64,000 bases of DNA from Acidimicrobiaceae bacterium (GCA_028404505.1 JAOOBM010000003.1:12330-76329); one strand, 5' to 3'. Shown: positions 28,167 to 38,240, numbered from the stretch's first letter. Notes: generated by a model from the sequence alone, not told the origin. Program-made: numbers and translations.

Positions 28167-29237
28167 ATGGATAAAGACAGGGCAAAAAAACTAGATACAG
28201 TTTTTGATCAAATAGAAAAACAATTCGGTGAAGGCTCGTTAATGAAGCTTGGTGCTGATAACATCAAAAAAATACCAGCTATTTCGACAGGAGCACTCTC
28301 AATTGATTTAGCTTTAGGTATCGGCGGAGTTCCAAAAGGTAGAGTTATTGAAATTTATGGACCTGAAGCTTCAGGTAAAACTACATTATCTCTCCATGTT
28401 GCAGCTGAAGCACAGAAAGCAGGTGGTGTGGCAGCATTTATTGATGCTGAACATGCTCTTGATCCGGTATATGCGAGAGCATTAGGTGTTGATGTAGATG
28501 AACTACTTGTTTCTCAACCAGATACTGGTGAGCAAGCGCTTGAAATTGCAGACATGTTAATTCAATCTGGAGGTGTAGATTTAGTAGTCATTGACTCTGT
28601 TGCAGCATTAGTTCCAAAAGCTGAGATTGAAGGCGAAATGGGTGATACTCATGTTGGTCTCCAGGCTCGATTGATGTCACAAGCTTTGCGTAAATTAACT
28701 GGTTCAATCAATAAATCAGGTACAACTGTGATCTTTATTAATCAAATCCGTGAAAAAATTGGTGTTATGTGGGGATCTCCTGAAACAACCAGTGGTGGTA
28801 GAGCTCTTAAATTTTATTCATCTGTAAGGATTGATGTAAGAAGAATAGAGACATTAAAGGTTGGACCAGAACAAATAGGAAACCGAGTAAGAGCCAAGAT
28901 AGTTAAAAATAAAGTCGCTCCACCATTTAAGGAAGCAGAGTTTGATATTATGTTTGGCCAAGGTATATCCAGAGAAGGTAGCCTTTTAGATGTTGCAGTT
29001 GAGCACGGTATTGCTAGAAAAGCAGGAGCTTGGTTTACATATGATGAAGTACAACTTGGTCAAGGTAAAGAGAATTCTAAGCGTTTTCTAAGAGAGAATC
29101 CTGACCTTGCTTTACAGCTAGAGACAGATGTCTATAAAGCTGTAGGTCTTATTGAATCAGATGAAGTCGAGGTTGTAGAAGATGAATCAACTGAAAATGA
29201 AGAGGAATCTTCAGAAGAGACTAAAAACAAAAAATAA
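28167..29237 (+). CDS. recA: recombinase RecA
   Basis: Unmistakable RecA sequence ([20 protein letters not shown], acidic C-terminal tail). AAGGAG SD 6 nt upstream. Confidence 0.97.
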   Translation: MDKDRAKKLDTVFDQIEKQFGEGSLMKLGADNIKKIPAISTGALSIDLALGIGGVPKGRVIEIYGPEASGKTTLSLHVAAEAQKAGGVAAFIDAEHALDPVYARALGVDVDELLVSQPDTGEQALEIADMLIQSGGVDLVVIDSVAALVPKAEIEGEMGDTHVGLQARLMSQALRKLTGSINKSGTTVIFINQIREKIGVMWGSPETTSGGRALKFYSSVRIDVRRIETLKVGPEQIGNRVRAKIVKNKVAPPFKEAEFDIMFGQGISREGSLLDVAVEHGIARKAGAWFTYDEVQLGQGKENSKRFLRENPDLALQLETDVYKAVGLIESDEVEVVEDESTENEEESSEETKNKK

Positions 29238-29273
29238 CTTAATTTTCCTTATAATTTTTTTATAATTTGTTAT

Positions 29274-30647
29274 GTGAAAACTTCTATACATATAGAAAAT
29301 AAAATAAGACCAAAAGCATCTAGAAATGGTCTCAAATATCATATTAAAACTTTTGGTTGCCAGATGAATGAGCATGATTCAGAAAAAATAGCTGGAATAT
29401 TTAACAATGATGGCATGACAAAATCTGATGATATTGATAATGCTGATGTACTTTTTGTTAATACGTGCACAATCAGAGAAAATGCGGATGATAAATTATA
29501 TGGAACATTAGGGCATTTAAAAAAATGGAAGTCACTTGCACCAAATAGACGGTTACTTGTGGGTGGTTGCGCAGCACAAAAAGATAAAGAATTAGTTAGA
29601 GAGAGAGCACCTTGGGTAGATGTTGTTATTGGAACGCACAATACAACAGAAGTAATTAATTTACTCAACCAGGCAGAAGATTGGGGTCCGATTACAGAGA
29701 TTATTGAGGAAACAACTGATATTGAAACAGAAATTGCCGCTGTAAGAGAGTCAAGTGTCAGTGCCTTTGTTACAATTCAAATTGGTTGCAACAACAGTTG
29801 TACATTTTGTATCGTACCTTCTGTAAGAGGTATAGAGATAAGTCGAAGACCCTCAGACATTATCAATGAAATTAAAAGCCTTGCTCATGATGGAGTTAAA
29901 GAAATAACGTTACTTGGTCAAAATGTTAACTCTTACGGTAGAGATTTAATGATCGATAATAGGAGAAAACCATATTTCACTGAACTACTTTACAAAATTC
30001 ACGATATTGATGGTATTGAACGAATTAGATTTACATCACCACATCCCAAAGATTTTAAAATAGAAACATTAAAAGCCGTTGCTGACTTACCAAAAGTAGC
30101 GAATCAGATTCATATTCCACTCCAAAGTGGGAGTAATAAAATATTATCTTTAATGCATAGAGGTTATAACCAAAAGAGATTCCTCGAAAAGGTAGATTTA
30201 ATTAAATCATTAATCCCTAACGTATCGATATCGTCTGATATTATTGTTGGCTTTCCTGGTGAAAACGAGGAGGACTTTCAACAAACAATGGAGGTAGTTA
30301 ATTATGCTGAATTTGACTTGATTTATATGTTTAAATTTTCACCTAGACCTGGAACAGTTGCATCTGATTATGTCGATCAATTTGTTGCAAAAGAAAATAT
30401 CGATGAAAGGTTTATGAGATTAAAAGTTAGACAAACTGAAATTAGCGAAAAAAGGTATAAAAGATTCGAAAATACGAAACAAACGATGCTTGTAGAGAAA
30501 GTTTCAAAAAAAGATAACAATATTCTGACTGGTCGTATAGAAGGTGGTCATATAGTACATCTAGAATCTAGCAGTGAACATATTGGCAAACTTTTAAATG
30601 TGAAAATATATGATTCAACACCTTTTTTCTTGAAAGCCACTTTGTAA
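29274..30647 (+). CDS. miaB: tRNA (N6-isopentenyl-A37) methylthiotransferase
   Basis: UPF0004 N-terminal domain (TFGCQMNEHDSE), radical SAM motif CNNSCTFC, C-terminal TRAM. Confidence 0.9.
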   Translation: MKTSIHIENKIRPKASRNGLKYHIKTFGCQMNEHDSEKIAGIFNNDGMTKSDDIDNADVLFVNTCTIRENADDKLYGTLGHLKKWKSLAPNRRLLVGGCAAQKDKELVRERAPWVDVVIGTHNTTEVINLLNQAEDWGPITEIIEETTDIETEIAAVRESSVSAFVTIQIGCNNSCTFCIVPSVRGIEISRRPSDIINEIKSLAHDGVKEITLLGQNVNSYGRDLMIDNRRKPYFTELLYKIHDIDGIERIRFTSPHPKDFKIETLKAVADLPKVANQIHIPLQSGSNKILSLMHRGYNQKRFLEKVDLIKSLIPNVSISSDIIVGFPGENEEDFQQTMEVVNYAEFDLIYMFKFSPRPGTVASDYVDQFVAKENIDERFMRLKVRQTEISEKRYKRFENTKQTMLVEKVSKKDNNILTGRIEGGHIVHLESSSEHIGKLLNVKIYDSTPFFLKATL

Positions 30648-30649
30648 TC

Positions 30650-31477
30650 TTGCTATATTTTCTAACAGGTATTACTGCATCAGGAAAATCAAGACTTGCT
30701 CACGAAATTGCTATCGAAAGAAGCTTTGATATAATTTCCCTGGATTCAATGGCAGTTTACAAGGGATTGGATATTCTTACTGCTAAACCAAATGATGTAA
30801 TGAGATCACAAGTTTTATATTACGGACTTGATATAGCTGAACCTGATCAAAATTTTTCTGTAGTAGATTATCTCAATTACTTAATCGAGATGGAAATTCC
30901 AGAAAAATCCTTTGAAAAAGATTATCTTGTTGTTGGTGGTACCGGTTTATATTTTCGTTCACTAATTAATAGTTTTGAGTTTAGACCCACTGATCCAGCT
31001 ATAAGATCTGAATTAGAACAATTGAATGTTGATCAATTGTTAAAGTTTCATGAAATGTATGAAATTAAAACACCTGATGTTGAAATTAATAAAAGAAGAC
31101 TTATTCGTAATATAGAAAATTCAATTTTAGAAGATGTAAAGTATGTTTTCCCACCAATAAATATTCCAGAAAATTTTGTTGGTATATTTTGGAATCATCC
31201 TGATTATATAAACAGAATTAGTAAGCGAACTGATGAAATGATTCAACAGGGTGTCATAGATGAGATGAATGCTATTACTAATCCTTCAAAAACTGTATTA
31301 CAAGCTATAGGAATGAATTTAAGTAATGACCTTGCTGAAAATATTAATTTAAAAACGAATAGGTTAGCTAAAAAACAACTTACATGGTTTAAACAAGAAG
31401 ATAGAATAAAAATTGTTGACACCGATGATAAAAAAATTATTCGTAAAGAATTGGAAATGATTATAGATGGTAAATGA
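30650..31477 (+). CDS. miaA: tRNA dimethylallyltransferase
   Basis: P-loop GITASGKSRLA, DSMAVYKGLDILTAKP, VGGTGLYFRSL. TTG start. Confidence 0.8.
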   Translation: MLYFLTGITASGKSRLAHEIAIERSFDIISLDSMAVYKGLDILTAKPNDVMRSQVLYYGLDIAEPDQNFSVVDYLNYLIEMEIPEKSFEKDYLVVGGTGLYFRSLINSFEFRPTDPAIRSELEQLNVDQLLKFHEMYEIKTPDVEINKRRLIRNIENSILEDVKYVFPPINIPENFVGIFWNHPDYINRISKRTDEMIQQGVIDEMNAITNPSKTVLQAIGMNLSNDLAENINLKTNRLAKKQLTWFKQEDRIKIVDTDDKKIIRKELEMIIDGK

Positions 31478-32198
31478 ATCTTATATGTCAGGAACAGGCA
31501 ATGATTTTATATGTACTAAGTACGATCGAGACTTGTCAGATATAGAAATTATTTCAATTGTAAGTGATTCACTTTTTCCTATTGATGGAGTCATATTGGT
31601 AGAGGGCATAGATATTTCAACAGTGAAAATGCACTATTTTAATAATGATGGAACTCCTGCTGAATTATGTGTTAATGGTGTGCGTTGCGCAGCAAAATTT
31701 GCAGTAGACAATAATTTAGTGGATACTAAAAAATTGATTGTTAAAGCTCCAGTTGGTGATATAAAAGCATTTGTAGAAAATGATTATGTAAAAATTGAAG
31801 CACCTCTTCCTACGACTGGTGACAGTATCGAAATTGATAATTATATATGTACGACTAGTGAAGTAGGAAATCCTCATCTAATGGTTGAGGTCGATGATGT
31901 AGAGAAATTTGATCTCGAAAAATTTTCAGTAAATGCCAGAAAGCTAGATGTATTTTCTAATGGTATAAATGTTGAAATCTTTTCAGTTGTTGATCGTAAA
32001 TTTATTTACGCAAGAGTAAACGAAAGGGGAGTTGGCGAAACAGACGCTTGTGGTTCTGGAGCTTTAGCTTTGTTTACTTATTTAAGAGAAATTAATAAAG
32101 TTGATGATAATGCAATCGTTTTATATCCTGGTGGAGATCTCGAACTATCTTTTGAAAAAGAAAAGTTGTATCTTAAAGGTGAAGTTACATATCTCTAA
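31467..32198 (+). CDS. dapF: diaminopimelate epimerase
   Basis: SGTGNDFI, catalytic Cys contexts ELCVNGVRCAA and ETDACGSGALA. The start could instead be the ATG at 31485. Confidence 0.8.
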   Translation: MVNESYMSGTGNDFICTKYDRDLSDIEIISIVSDSLFPIDGVILVEGIDISTVKMHYFNNDGTPAELCVNGVRCAAKFAVDNNLVDTKKLIVKAPVGDIKAFVENDYVKIEAPLPTTGDSIEIDNYICTTSEVGNPHLMVEVDDVEKFDLEKFSVNARKLDVFSNGINVEIFSVVDRKFIYARVNERGVGETDACGSGALALFTYLREINKVDDNAIVLYPGGDLELSFEKEKLYLKGEVTYL

Positions 32199-32772
32199 TT
32201 AAAGAAACAACTTTTCCTATAGGTTGTATATTTTCATTAACTGGAATTTTTTCATAGTTCTTATTTGCAGGTACTAGGTATTGTTTACCCTGAATATTTT
32301 TGAGAAATTTAATCGTACCTTCTGAATTATTTATAAGAAATGCACCTATATCTCCATTTTTAATTGGTTCATTTTTATTAATAATAACTAAATCTTTTTC
32401 ATGAATTCCCTCATCAATCATCGAATCACCAGAAACTGATAAAGCAAATAAATCAGATTTTTCATCAGTATCTGGATAATTCACAGTTCCTATAACGTTT
32501 TCTTCAGCCATAAGTAAAGACCCTGCAGCAATTTCTCCTAGTATTGGAATTTTTTTGTTTGATAGTTGGTTGTTTACAGTCAATGCACGAGATTTTTTAT
32601 AGTTTTTTTGGAGTAGTCCCGATTGGATTAGTTTTTCAAGGTGATATTGGACTGTGCTTGTAGATTTAAGACTTACACCTTCACAAATTTCTCTTACTGA
32701 AGGTGCAAATCCATTTTTTTCGATAAATATATTTATAAAATTTAAAATATTTTTTTGTTTTTCGGAAACCAT
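32185..32772 (-). CDS. lexA: SOS repressor LexA
   Basis: N-terminal winged HTH (PSVREICEGVSLKSTSTVQYHLEKL), cleavage site IAAG, SGDSM Ser and GTIKFL Lys. Confidence 0.9.
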   Translation of the reverse strand: MVSEKQKNILNFINIFIEKNGFAPSVREICEGVSLKSTSTVQYHLEKLIQSGLLQKNYKKSRALTVNNQLSNKKIPILGEIAAGSLLMAEENVIGTVNYPDTDEKSDLFALSVSGDSMIDEGIHEKDLVIINKNEPIKNGDIGAFLINNSEGTIKFLKNIQGKQYLVPANKNYEKIPVNENIQPIGKVVSLIRDM

Positions 32773-32782
32773 AATTATATAT

Positions 32783-32799
32783 TAGTACATATGTTCGAA
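32783..32799. promoter_or_regulatory. LexA-box-like site TAGTACATATGTTCGAA in the lexA / LysM divergent region
   Basis: GTAC-N4-GTTC has one mismatch to the recA box half-site. It lies between lexA (start 32772) and the LysM gene (32837). Confidence 0.5.
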
Positions 32800-32836
32800 T
32801 ATAAAAAGTGTCATATGTGGTTTTTAATATATTTTT

Positions 32837-33094
32837 ATGAAAGAAAAGTTAATATTATTTACATTTTTGACAATGTTTTCACTAATAACTACGCCAATAA
32901 TTAAAAATAATTCTCTAATTATCGCAACAAACAATGAACTTATTACATATCAGGTCCAGAAAGGTGATTCCCTTTGGGATATAGCTTTAAAGTATGATTC
33001 AAATGATATTGAAAATTTCTTATTTGAGGCAAAAAAACTAAACAATCTTCAAAATTCGGCTATTTATGAAGATCAGATTTTAATAATTCCTTAA
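32837..33094 (+). CDS. small LysM domain protein with signal/TM helix
   Basis: YQVQKGDSLWDIALKY...IYEDQILIIP is a LysM domain. It is divergent from lexA and upstream of nrdR, as recalled for mycobacteria. Confidence 0.75.
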   Translation: MKEKLILFTFLTMFSLITTPIIKNNSLIIATNNELITYQVQKGDSLWDIALKYDSNDIENFLFEAKKLNNLQNSAIYEDQILIIP

Positions 33095-33128
33095 ATTATT
33101 TGTTAGAAATTCTCAAGATTTCTATAAT

Positions 33129-33144
33129 ACACAATATATGGTAT
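33129..33144. promoter_or_regulatory. NrdR-box-like sequence ACACAATATATGGTAT overlapping the nrdR start codon
   Basis: 14 of 16 matches to the NrdR-box palindrome as I recall it (acaCwAtATaTwGtgt). Only a single copy was seen. TATAAT at 33123..33128 lies just upstream. Confidence 0.3.
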
Positions 33145-33578
33145 GTCCGTTTTGTAACAAAGAAGATACTGCGGTTGTAGATTCAAGAAAAAATGTTGAT
33201 GGTGACGCAATTAGAAGGCGTAGAGAGTGTTCTGCGTGTAATACAAGGTTCACAACATATGAAAAATCAGAAATTGAGCTCATAGTAAAGAAAAGAAATG
33301 GTAATTTAGAGGAATTTCAATACGAAAAGTTATTTAGTGGTGTTGAAAATGCTTTTGGAGGACAAGAATTAAGTGAAAAAAAATTAAAAAACCTTGTTGA
33401 AACTATTTATCTTGATCTAAAGAATCATGGGAAAAAAATCGAAAGTAAAACTATAGGTGAAACTGTTCTGTCTCATCTAAAAGACATAAACGAAGTAGCA
33501 TATCTCCGATTTGCTTCTGTTTATAAAGAGTTTTCTGCTGTTTCAGACTTCGAAAAGGAAGCTGCGGAGTTAAATTAG
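33138..33578 (+). CDS. nrdR: transcriptional repressor NrdR
   Basis: MVCPFC...VVDSR...RRRRECSACNTRFTTYE zinc ribbon plus ATP-cone. Confidence 0.9.
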   Translation: MVCPFCNKEDTAVVDSRKNVDGDAIRRRRECSACNTRFTTYEKSEIELIVKKRNGNLEEFQYEKLFSGVENAFGGQELSEKKLKNLVETIYLDLKNHGKKIESKTIGETVLSHLKDINEVAYLRFASVYKEFSAVSDFEKEAAELN

Positions 33579-34636
33579 GGTAGATCCTCAATATTTTTAA
33601 GAATATTTTCATAATTTTCTCTAAATATTTCCAATGAATTATTAAAAAATGCAATTTCGGACTCTTTATTAAACTTTATGGCACTTATCAAAGTCATTGC
33701 TACCTCATCTTCATTATTTCTTAGTGAAGCAACTAATCTACCATGTAAATCTTGCGCTGTTATCAATGCAGAGCTTACTAGTTCTTTATGATTCTTTAAC
33801 TCATTTAATTCAGGTAATGTCTCAGCATTTAAGTTACTTTTTGCTCCAATAAGGGATAATTGAGCTGCAAGGGTATCAATATCTGTATCTTCATTTATAT
33901 CTAACGTTTCTTCGTAAATTAATATTTCTGAATGCATAATTCTGTAAGTGATTAATTGGTCTAATGTTTTTACAACATCAAAAAGTAAATTCAATGAAGA
34001 AAGAACATTTTCTTTATTTGTAATATCTCTATTTTCTATATTTTCTTGATATTGAAGCAATGATGCCTCAATTACCTGCAAATTAGCGCTTGCATTTGAT
34101 ACATCGTAACGAGAGTAGAAGGGGTTTGTTGCCACATTCAACAATTCTGATAATTGGTTAATTTTATTATTCGTTTCCTTTGAAATTGAGATTGCTATGG
34201 TTTCATTCTCTATACCAGTATTTCTTATATTTATAATAAAAATTGAAGCAAAGCTAATAATGCTTATAGTAGCTAATCCAAAAAGTGCAGGAGATACCCA
34301 TTTTCTTCTTATTTCTAAATCTGTCCAAATTTTCTTGATTTGAGATGTTATGTTTAACGGAACAAATGTTTCCGTATTTGGATTTGAGTTTTCTTGATCT
34401 TGAGTTCTAAATAAGTCATCATTTGTAATAACAAGTTCTTGTCCAATTTGTGTAGATTCAACCTCTACATCAACCATGTCTAACTCACTTGTAATTCTTA
34501 GATTATCCATTTCTTTGATAATGTCAGGAGTTTGAATTATTGTTGTATCTGTTTCAAAACCAAGAACATCTAGAATTTTGATTTTATTTGAGGATTTCGC
34601 TTTCCTTATAAAAAGATAATCTCTAATATTCATCAA
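33575..34636 (-). CDS. hypothetical single-pass membrane protein with helical C-terminal domain
   Basis: Central TM segment (ALFGLATISIISFASIFIINI). No recognisable family. Confidence 0.4.
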   Translation of the reverse strand: MMNIRDYLFIRKAKSSNKIKILDVLGFETDTTIIQTPDIIKEMDNLRITSELDMVDVEVESTQIGQELVITNDDLFRTQDQENSNPNTETFVPLNITSQIKKIWTDLEIRRKWVSPALFGLATISIISFASIFIINIRNTGIENETIAISISKETNNKINQLSELLNVATNPFYSRYDVSNASANLQVIEASLLQYQENIENRDITNKENVLSSLNLLFDVVKTLDQLITYRIMHSEILIYEETLDINEDTDIDTLAAQLSLIGAKSNLNAETLPELNELKNHKELVSSALITAQDLHGRLVASLRNNEDEVAMTLISAIKFNKESEIAFFNNSLEIFRENYENILKNIEDLP

Positions 34637-34649
34637 TGAAAGGTTACCA

Positions 34650-35087
34650 TTGAATAAAAATATTGAGATAGAAATAAAACTAATAAGCCCAAATGGAAAA
34701 ATACCATCTCAAAAATACGATTCTGATATTGGATATGATATTAGTGCATCTGAAAACATCACCTTAAAATCTAATGAAGTAACGTTGGTAAATACAGGTT
34801 TAGCAATAAATTTACCAAAACAATGTGCAGGATTTGTTTTACCAAGATCTGGTCTTTCAACCAAACATAAAATAACTCTCATCAATAGTCCTGGTTTAAT
34901 TGATCCAGGTTATACAGGTGAATTATTAGTACCTCTGATGAATCATGCTGATAAAGATTATGATATAGAAGTTGGTGATAGAATTGCTCAACTTGTTCTT
35001 ATAGATACAAATAAAGTAGATTTTAAATTAGTTGATAATCTTCCAGAGACAGATAGATCATCTGGTGGATTTGGTTCCACGGATTAA
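34650..35087 (+). CDS. dut: dUTP diphosphatase
   Basis: GYDI, PRSGL, GLIDPGYTGE, C-terminal RSSGGFGSTD dUTPase motifs. TTG start. Confidence 0.9.
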   Translation: MNKNIEIEIKLISPNGKIPSQKYDSDIGYDISASENITLKSNEVTLVNTGLAINLPKQCAGFVLPRSGLSTKHKITLINSPGLIDPGYTGELLVPLMNHADKDYDIEVGDRIAQLVLIDTNKVDFKLVDNLPETDRSSGGFGSTD

Positions 35088-35130
35088 TTTCTTTTTAAAA
35101 AACTCAAATATAAACTATCATTAATTTATT

Positions 35131-35203
35131 GCGGAAGTAGCTCAGCTGGTAGAGCGTAACCTTGCCAAGGTTAAGGCCGCGGGTTCGAACCCCGTCTTCC
35201 GCT
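35131..35203 (+). tRNA. tRNA-Gly (GCC)
   Basis: Hand-folded cloverleaf: acceptor GCGGAAG/CTTCCGC, anticodon loop TTGCCAA, T-loop TTCGAAC. No encoded CCA. Confidence 0.9.
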
Positions 35204-35207
35204 CACT

Positions 35208-35278
35208 GGCGACGTGGCGGAGTGGCTACGCAGAGGTCTGCAAAACCTTGTACACCGGTTCGATTCCGGTCGTCGCCT
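35208..35278 (+). tRNA. tRNA-Cys (GCA)
   Basis: Acceptor GGCGACG/CGTCGCC, anticodon loop CTGCAAA, T-loop TTCGATT. Lies 4 nt after tRNA-Gly. Confidence 0.9.
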
Positions 35279-35286
35279 CAAATAAG

Positions 35287-35964
35287 ATGATTGCAATAAC
35301 TGGCGCCGGAGAATATTTAGACACTATTCGTCCTTACGATAAGCTATTGTTGGATAAATTAGAAATTGAACCTTATGTTCTCTCATTTCCTACGGCAGCA
35401 GGTCTTGAAAGTGAAGAGAGAATACAGTATTGGCTTAATTTAGCTGATGAACATTTTGAAAAACTAGGTGTACAACATAAATCTATAAAAGCTCTTAATG
35501 TTAACGACTACAACAAGCCAGAGACCATAGCTGAGATCGAGAAAGCAAATTTTATCTATTTTTCTGGTGGAAATCCAAATCATCTTTATGAAACACTTAG
35601 TAATTCTCTTGCATGGGAAAAGATATTGGCTACTCACAATAATGGAGGCATTCTTGCTGGTTGTAGTGCAGGTGCAATGATTATGGGTGAGAAAATGAAC
35701 AAGGGTAAAGGTTTTGGATTTTTTAAAAATTCTATGGTCTTACCACACTGGAATGAGGTGTTGTATAAAGCAATACTGACTTCTTCTAAACAGATACATA
35801 AATCAAAATATAAAATTCTTGGACTGGAAATGAATACGTATCTTGTATTAAATGGCGATAAGTTAGAAATTATAGGAGATCAACAAGTTCATATTATGCA
35901 TAAGAAAGAAGAGCAATCATTCAAAAATGGCGACATATTAGAATTATCAGTATTGGATTTTTAA
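35287..35964 (+). CDS. peptidase S51 / type-1 glutamine amidotransferase-like protein (dipeptidase E or cyanophycinase-like)
   Basis: FSGGNPNHLYETL and nucleophile context GCSAGAMIMGE. ATG at 35287 is used because the track start (35248) lies inside tRNA-Cys. Confidence 0.7.
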   Translation: MIAITGAGEYLDTIRPYDKLLLDKLEIEPYVLSFPTAAGLESEERIQYWLNLADEHFEKLGVQHKSIKALNVNDYNKPETIAEIEKANFIYFSGGNPNHLYETLSNSLAWEKILATHNNGGILAGCSAGAMIMGEKMNKGKGFGFFKNSMVLPHWNEVLYKAILTSSKQIHKSKYKILGLEMNTYLVLNGDKLEIIGDQQVHIMHKKEEQSFKNGDILELSVLDF

Positions 35965-36609
35965 ATGTGTGGACGTTATTACTTATCAATTGATCTAGGA
36001 AATTTATCATTCGTAAATAATCTCAACGAGTATGATTTTGAAGATAATTTTAATATTGCTCCACAGGCAAGTGTTCCTATTGTAATCGATAATAACTTAG
36101 TGAATTGTACATGGGGGTATTATCCATCTTGGCTAAAGGATCAGAGTAATTCTAAGCCACTGTTCAACACAAGGTTTGAGTCATTGCTTGAGAAGAAAAC
36201 ATTTATTTCAGCTTTCAAAAAAAGTAGATGTTTAGTTCCAATATCTGGATGGTATGAATGGAAGATCATAGATGATGTAAAACAACCTTTTTTCTTTAAG
36301 CATAAAGAAAATCAAAATATGTTTGCTGCAGGGTTATATTGGCCAAGATCAGATGGATCAACAGAGTTTACGATTATTACAACAGCTGCTCCGTTAGAAA
36401 TTAATGAGGTGCATGATCGATCACCATTAATTCTTGATGACGTATCTATGGGTATTTGGTTATCCGATGACAACCCAGAGGATATTCATGTAAATATTTC
36501 ACATGATTTTGGTCATATTATTGAAAACTATCAAGTTACAAGATCAGTAAACAATCCAAAGAACAATAATGCATCGCTTATCGAAGAATTCAATGAAGTT
36601 CCATTTTAA
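35965..36609 (+). CDS. SOS response-associated peptidase (SRAP/YedK, abasic-site processing)
   Basis: N-terminal MCGRY with catalytic Cys2, NIAPQ, WYEW and HDRSPLIL motifs. Confidence 0.85.
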   Translation: MCGRYYLSIDLGNLSFVNNLNEYDFEDNFNIAPQASVPIVIDNNLVNCTWGYYPSWLKDQSNSKPLFNTRFESLLEKKTFISAFKKSRCLVPISGWYEWKIIDDVKQPFFFKHKENQNMFAAGLYWPRSDGSTEFTIITTAAPLEINEVHDRSPLILDDVSMGIWLSDDNPEDIHVNISHDFGHIIENYQVTRSVNNPKNNNASLIEEFNEVPF

Positions 36610-36812
36610 TGAATAGCCAATCTCCAATATATTCACTTAAGTTTACGATCTCGTGGATAATTGTTTACAGTGCAATTGTTTTAATTCTTTTTCAAGTTAT
36701 CAATTTTTTTATTGCTCTTTATCTTGGACTATGGGTTTTAAATTTAATTATTGAACTTACAGAAAGATTATTTCTTCGATTTGGCAAAAGAATAGTTACT
36801 GTAGAGAAATAA
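36609..36812 (+). CDS. small two-TM membrane protein, hypothetical
   Basis: ORF with two hydrophobic helices. Its ATG overlaps the SRAP stop (TAATG). Confidence 0.35.
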   Translation: MNSQSPIYSLKFTISWIIVYSAIVLILFQVINFFIALYLGLWVLNLIIELTERLFLRFGKRIVTVEK

Positions 36813-36854
36813 TCATTCTACAAATCTGATTTATACTGCTATATTTTTTTATAC

Positions 36855-36928
36855 GGGAGATTAGCTCAGTCCGGCAGAGCACTTGCTCGACACGCAAGGG
36901 GTCACAAGTTCAAATCTTGTATCTCCCA
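36855..36928 (+). tRNA. tRNA-Val (GAC) with unusual anticodon loop UCGACAC
   Basis: Acceptor GGGAGAT/ATCTCCC, anticodon stem CTTGC/GCAAG, loop TCGACAC, T-loop TTCAAAT. Confidence 0.85.
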
Positions 36929-36936
36929 CAAATTAT

Positions 36937-38220
36937 CTAACCATTTGTTATTTCTAAAACTTGATTACTAAGTTCTTTTAAATTTTTATTATTGTAATTA
37001 ATCGTCCAAACACAAATATATAAAATTCCTACAAATAGAAATAATAAAGCGTAACCTCTACCAGGACCTGTTCCAACAATAGGTGAAAGCAATTCAATAT
37101 TGTCTGGATAAAAGGAAAGCTCTAAGTAATCTCCAAATGGCCCAGCAATAAGTACACCAATTGGTCGTAGCATTTGAGCAATTGTTCCACGAAGTGCCAG
37201 AGCACGACCTCTTATATTTTTGTCTGTTATAGCTAACCATGCGCCAGATGAAATCGTATATTGTACTGTTCCGCTAACACCGCTAATTATTCCATATATA
37301 CAAAGAAGGAAAATACTTGGTCGTATAGAGCCGAATACCAAACTTATTCCCCCTAAAAGTCCACACTGAATTGCAAGCTTTAAGTTACCTTGAAGATGTT
37401 CTGAGAAACGTAGAGAAATAATTGAACCAATTAAAAATGCTAATCCAATGGTTGATTCGATTATTCCAAGACCCCTTGCATCTGAAAAAGTTAACACCAT
37501 TGGTGGTAAAAGGACAGTTGTAAAACCCCACAAAAAATTTGAGAGGCTAAGAACAGAAACGAGTGTTAAAAGTCCCTTTTGATTTTTTAGCCATAAATAT
37601 GCTTCTTTTAAATCTAAATATACATTATTGAAATTGAAACTTAATTTATGGATTTGATCATTTTTTTCACTTTTGAAAAAAGTGATAGTTACAATCCCAA
37701 ACAAACATGTAATTAGATCAACTATGATAACTCCAGTTAATCCAAAATATGAATAAATTAATGCTCCACCGATCGGACCTAACAAGACAGCAAATGCCTC
37801 AGCACTTTCGAATAATGCAGAGATTTTTGTAACATGTTCTTTTTTAACTACATCTCCAAGAAATGCACTCCAGGTAGTCCAATGAGCTATTTCAAATATT
37901 CCGAATGCTAACGCAAATGGTATAAGCATTATTAATGTCAATTTATCATTGATTGCAAAGTATCCAATTAGACACATTAATAATAAAATTATGAGATCAA
38001 AACTTATAATTAATTGTTTTCTTGGAAATCTATCAGCGAGAACACCTCCAAATGGACCTGTAAGAACACCAACTATTCCTACCGTAAACAAGATTGATGA
38101 TAATGCACTCGCTCTACCTGTTGTTTCAAATATCCATACACCAATCGCAAAAAAAGACATTGCAGAACCTGTCCAAGATAAAGTTTGACCAAACCAAAGT
38201 AAATAAACTTTTTTTTCCAT
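36937..38220 (-). CDS. MFS transporter
   Basis: 427 aa polytopic. GGVLADRFPRKQ loop motif. Confidence 0.75.
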   Translation of the reverse strand: MEKKVYLLWFGQTLSWTGSAMSFFAIGVWIFETTGRASALSSILFTVGIVGVLTGPFGGVLADRFPRKQLIISFDLIILLLMCLIGYFAINDKLTLIMLIPFALAFGIFEIAHWTTWSAFLGDVVKKEHVTKISALFESAEAFAVLLGPIGGALIYSYFGLTGVIIVDLITCLFGIVTITFFKSEKNDQIHKLSFNFNNVYLDLKEAYLWLKNQKGLLTLVSVLSLSNFLWGFTTVLLPPMVLTFSDARGLGIIESTIGLAFLIGSIISLRFSEHLQGNLKLAIQCGLLGGISLVFGSIRPSIFLLCIYGIISGVSGTVQYTISSGAWLAITDKNIRGRALALRGTIAQMLRPIGVLIAGPFGDYLELSFYPDNIELLSPIVGTGPGRGYALLFLFVGILYICVWTINYNNKNLKELSNQVLEITNG

Positions 38221-38240
38221 ATCGAATAGTTATTTAATTG

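Noticed and set aside
35248-35286. N-terminal extension of the ORF-track protein (MYTGSIPVVASNK...)
   Set aside because: These codons lie inside the tRNA-Cys gene (35208..35278). The S51-family protein starts plausibly at ATG 35287 (MIAITGAGEYL).
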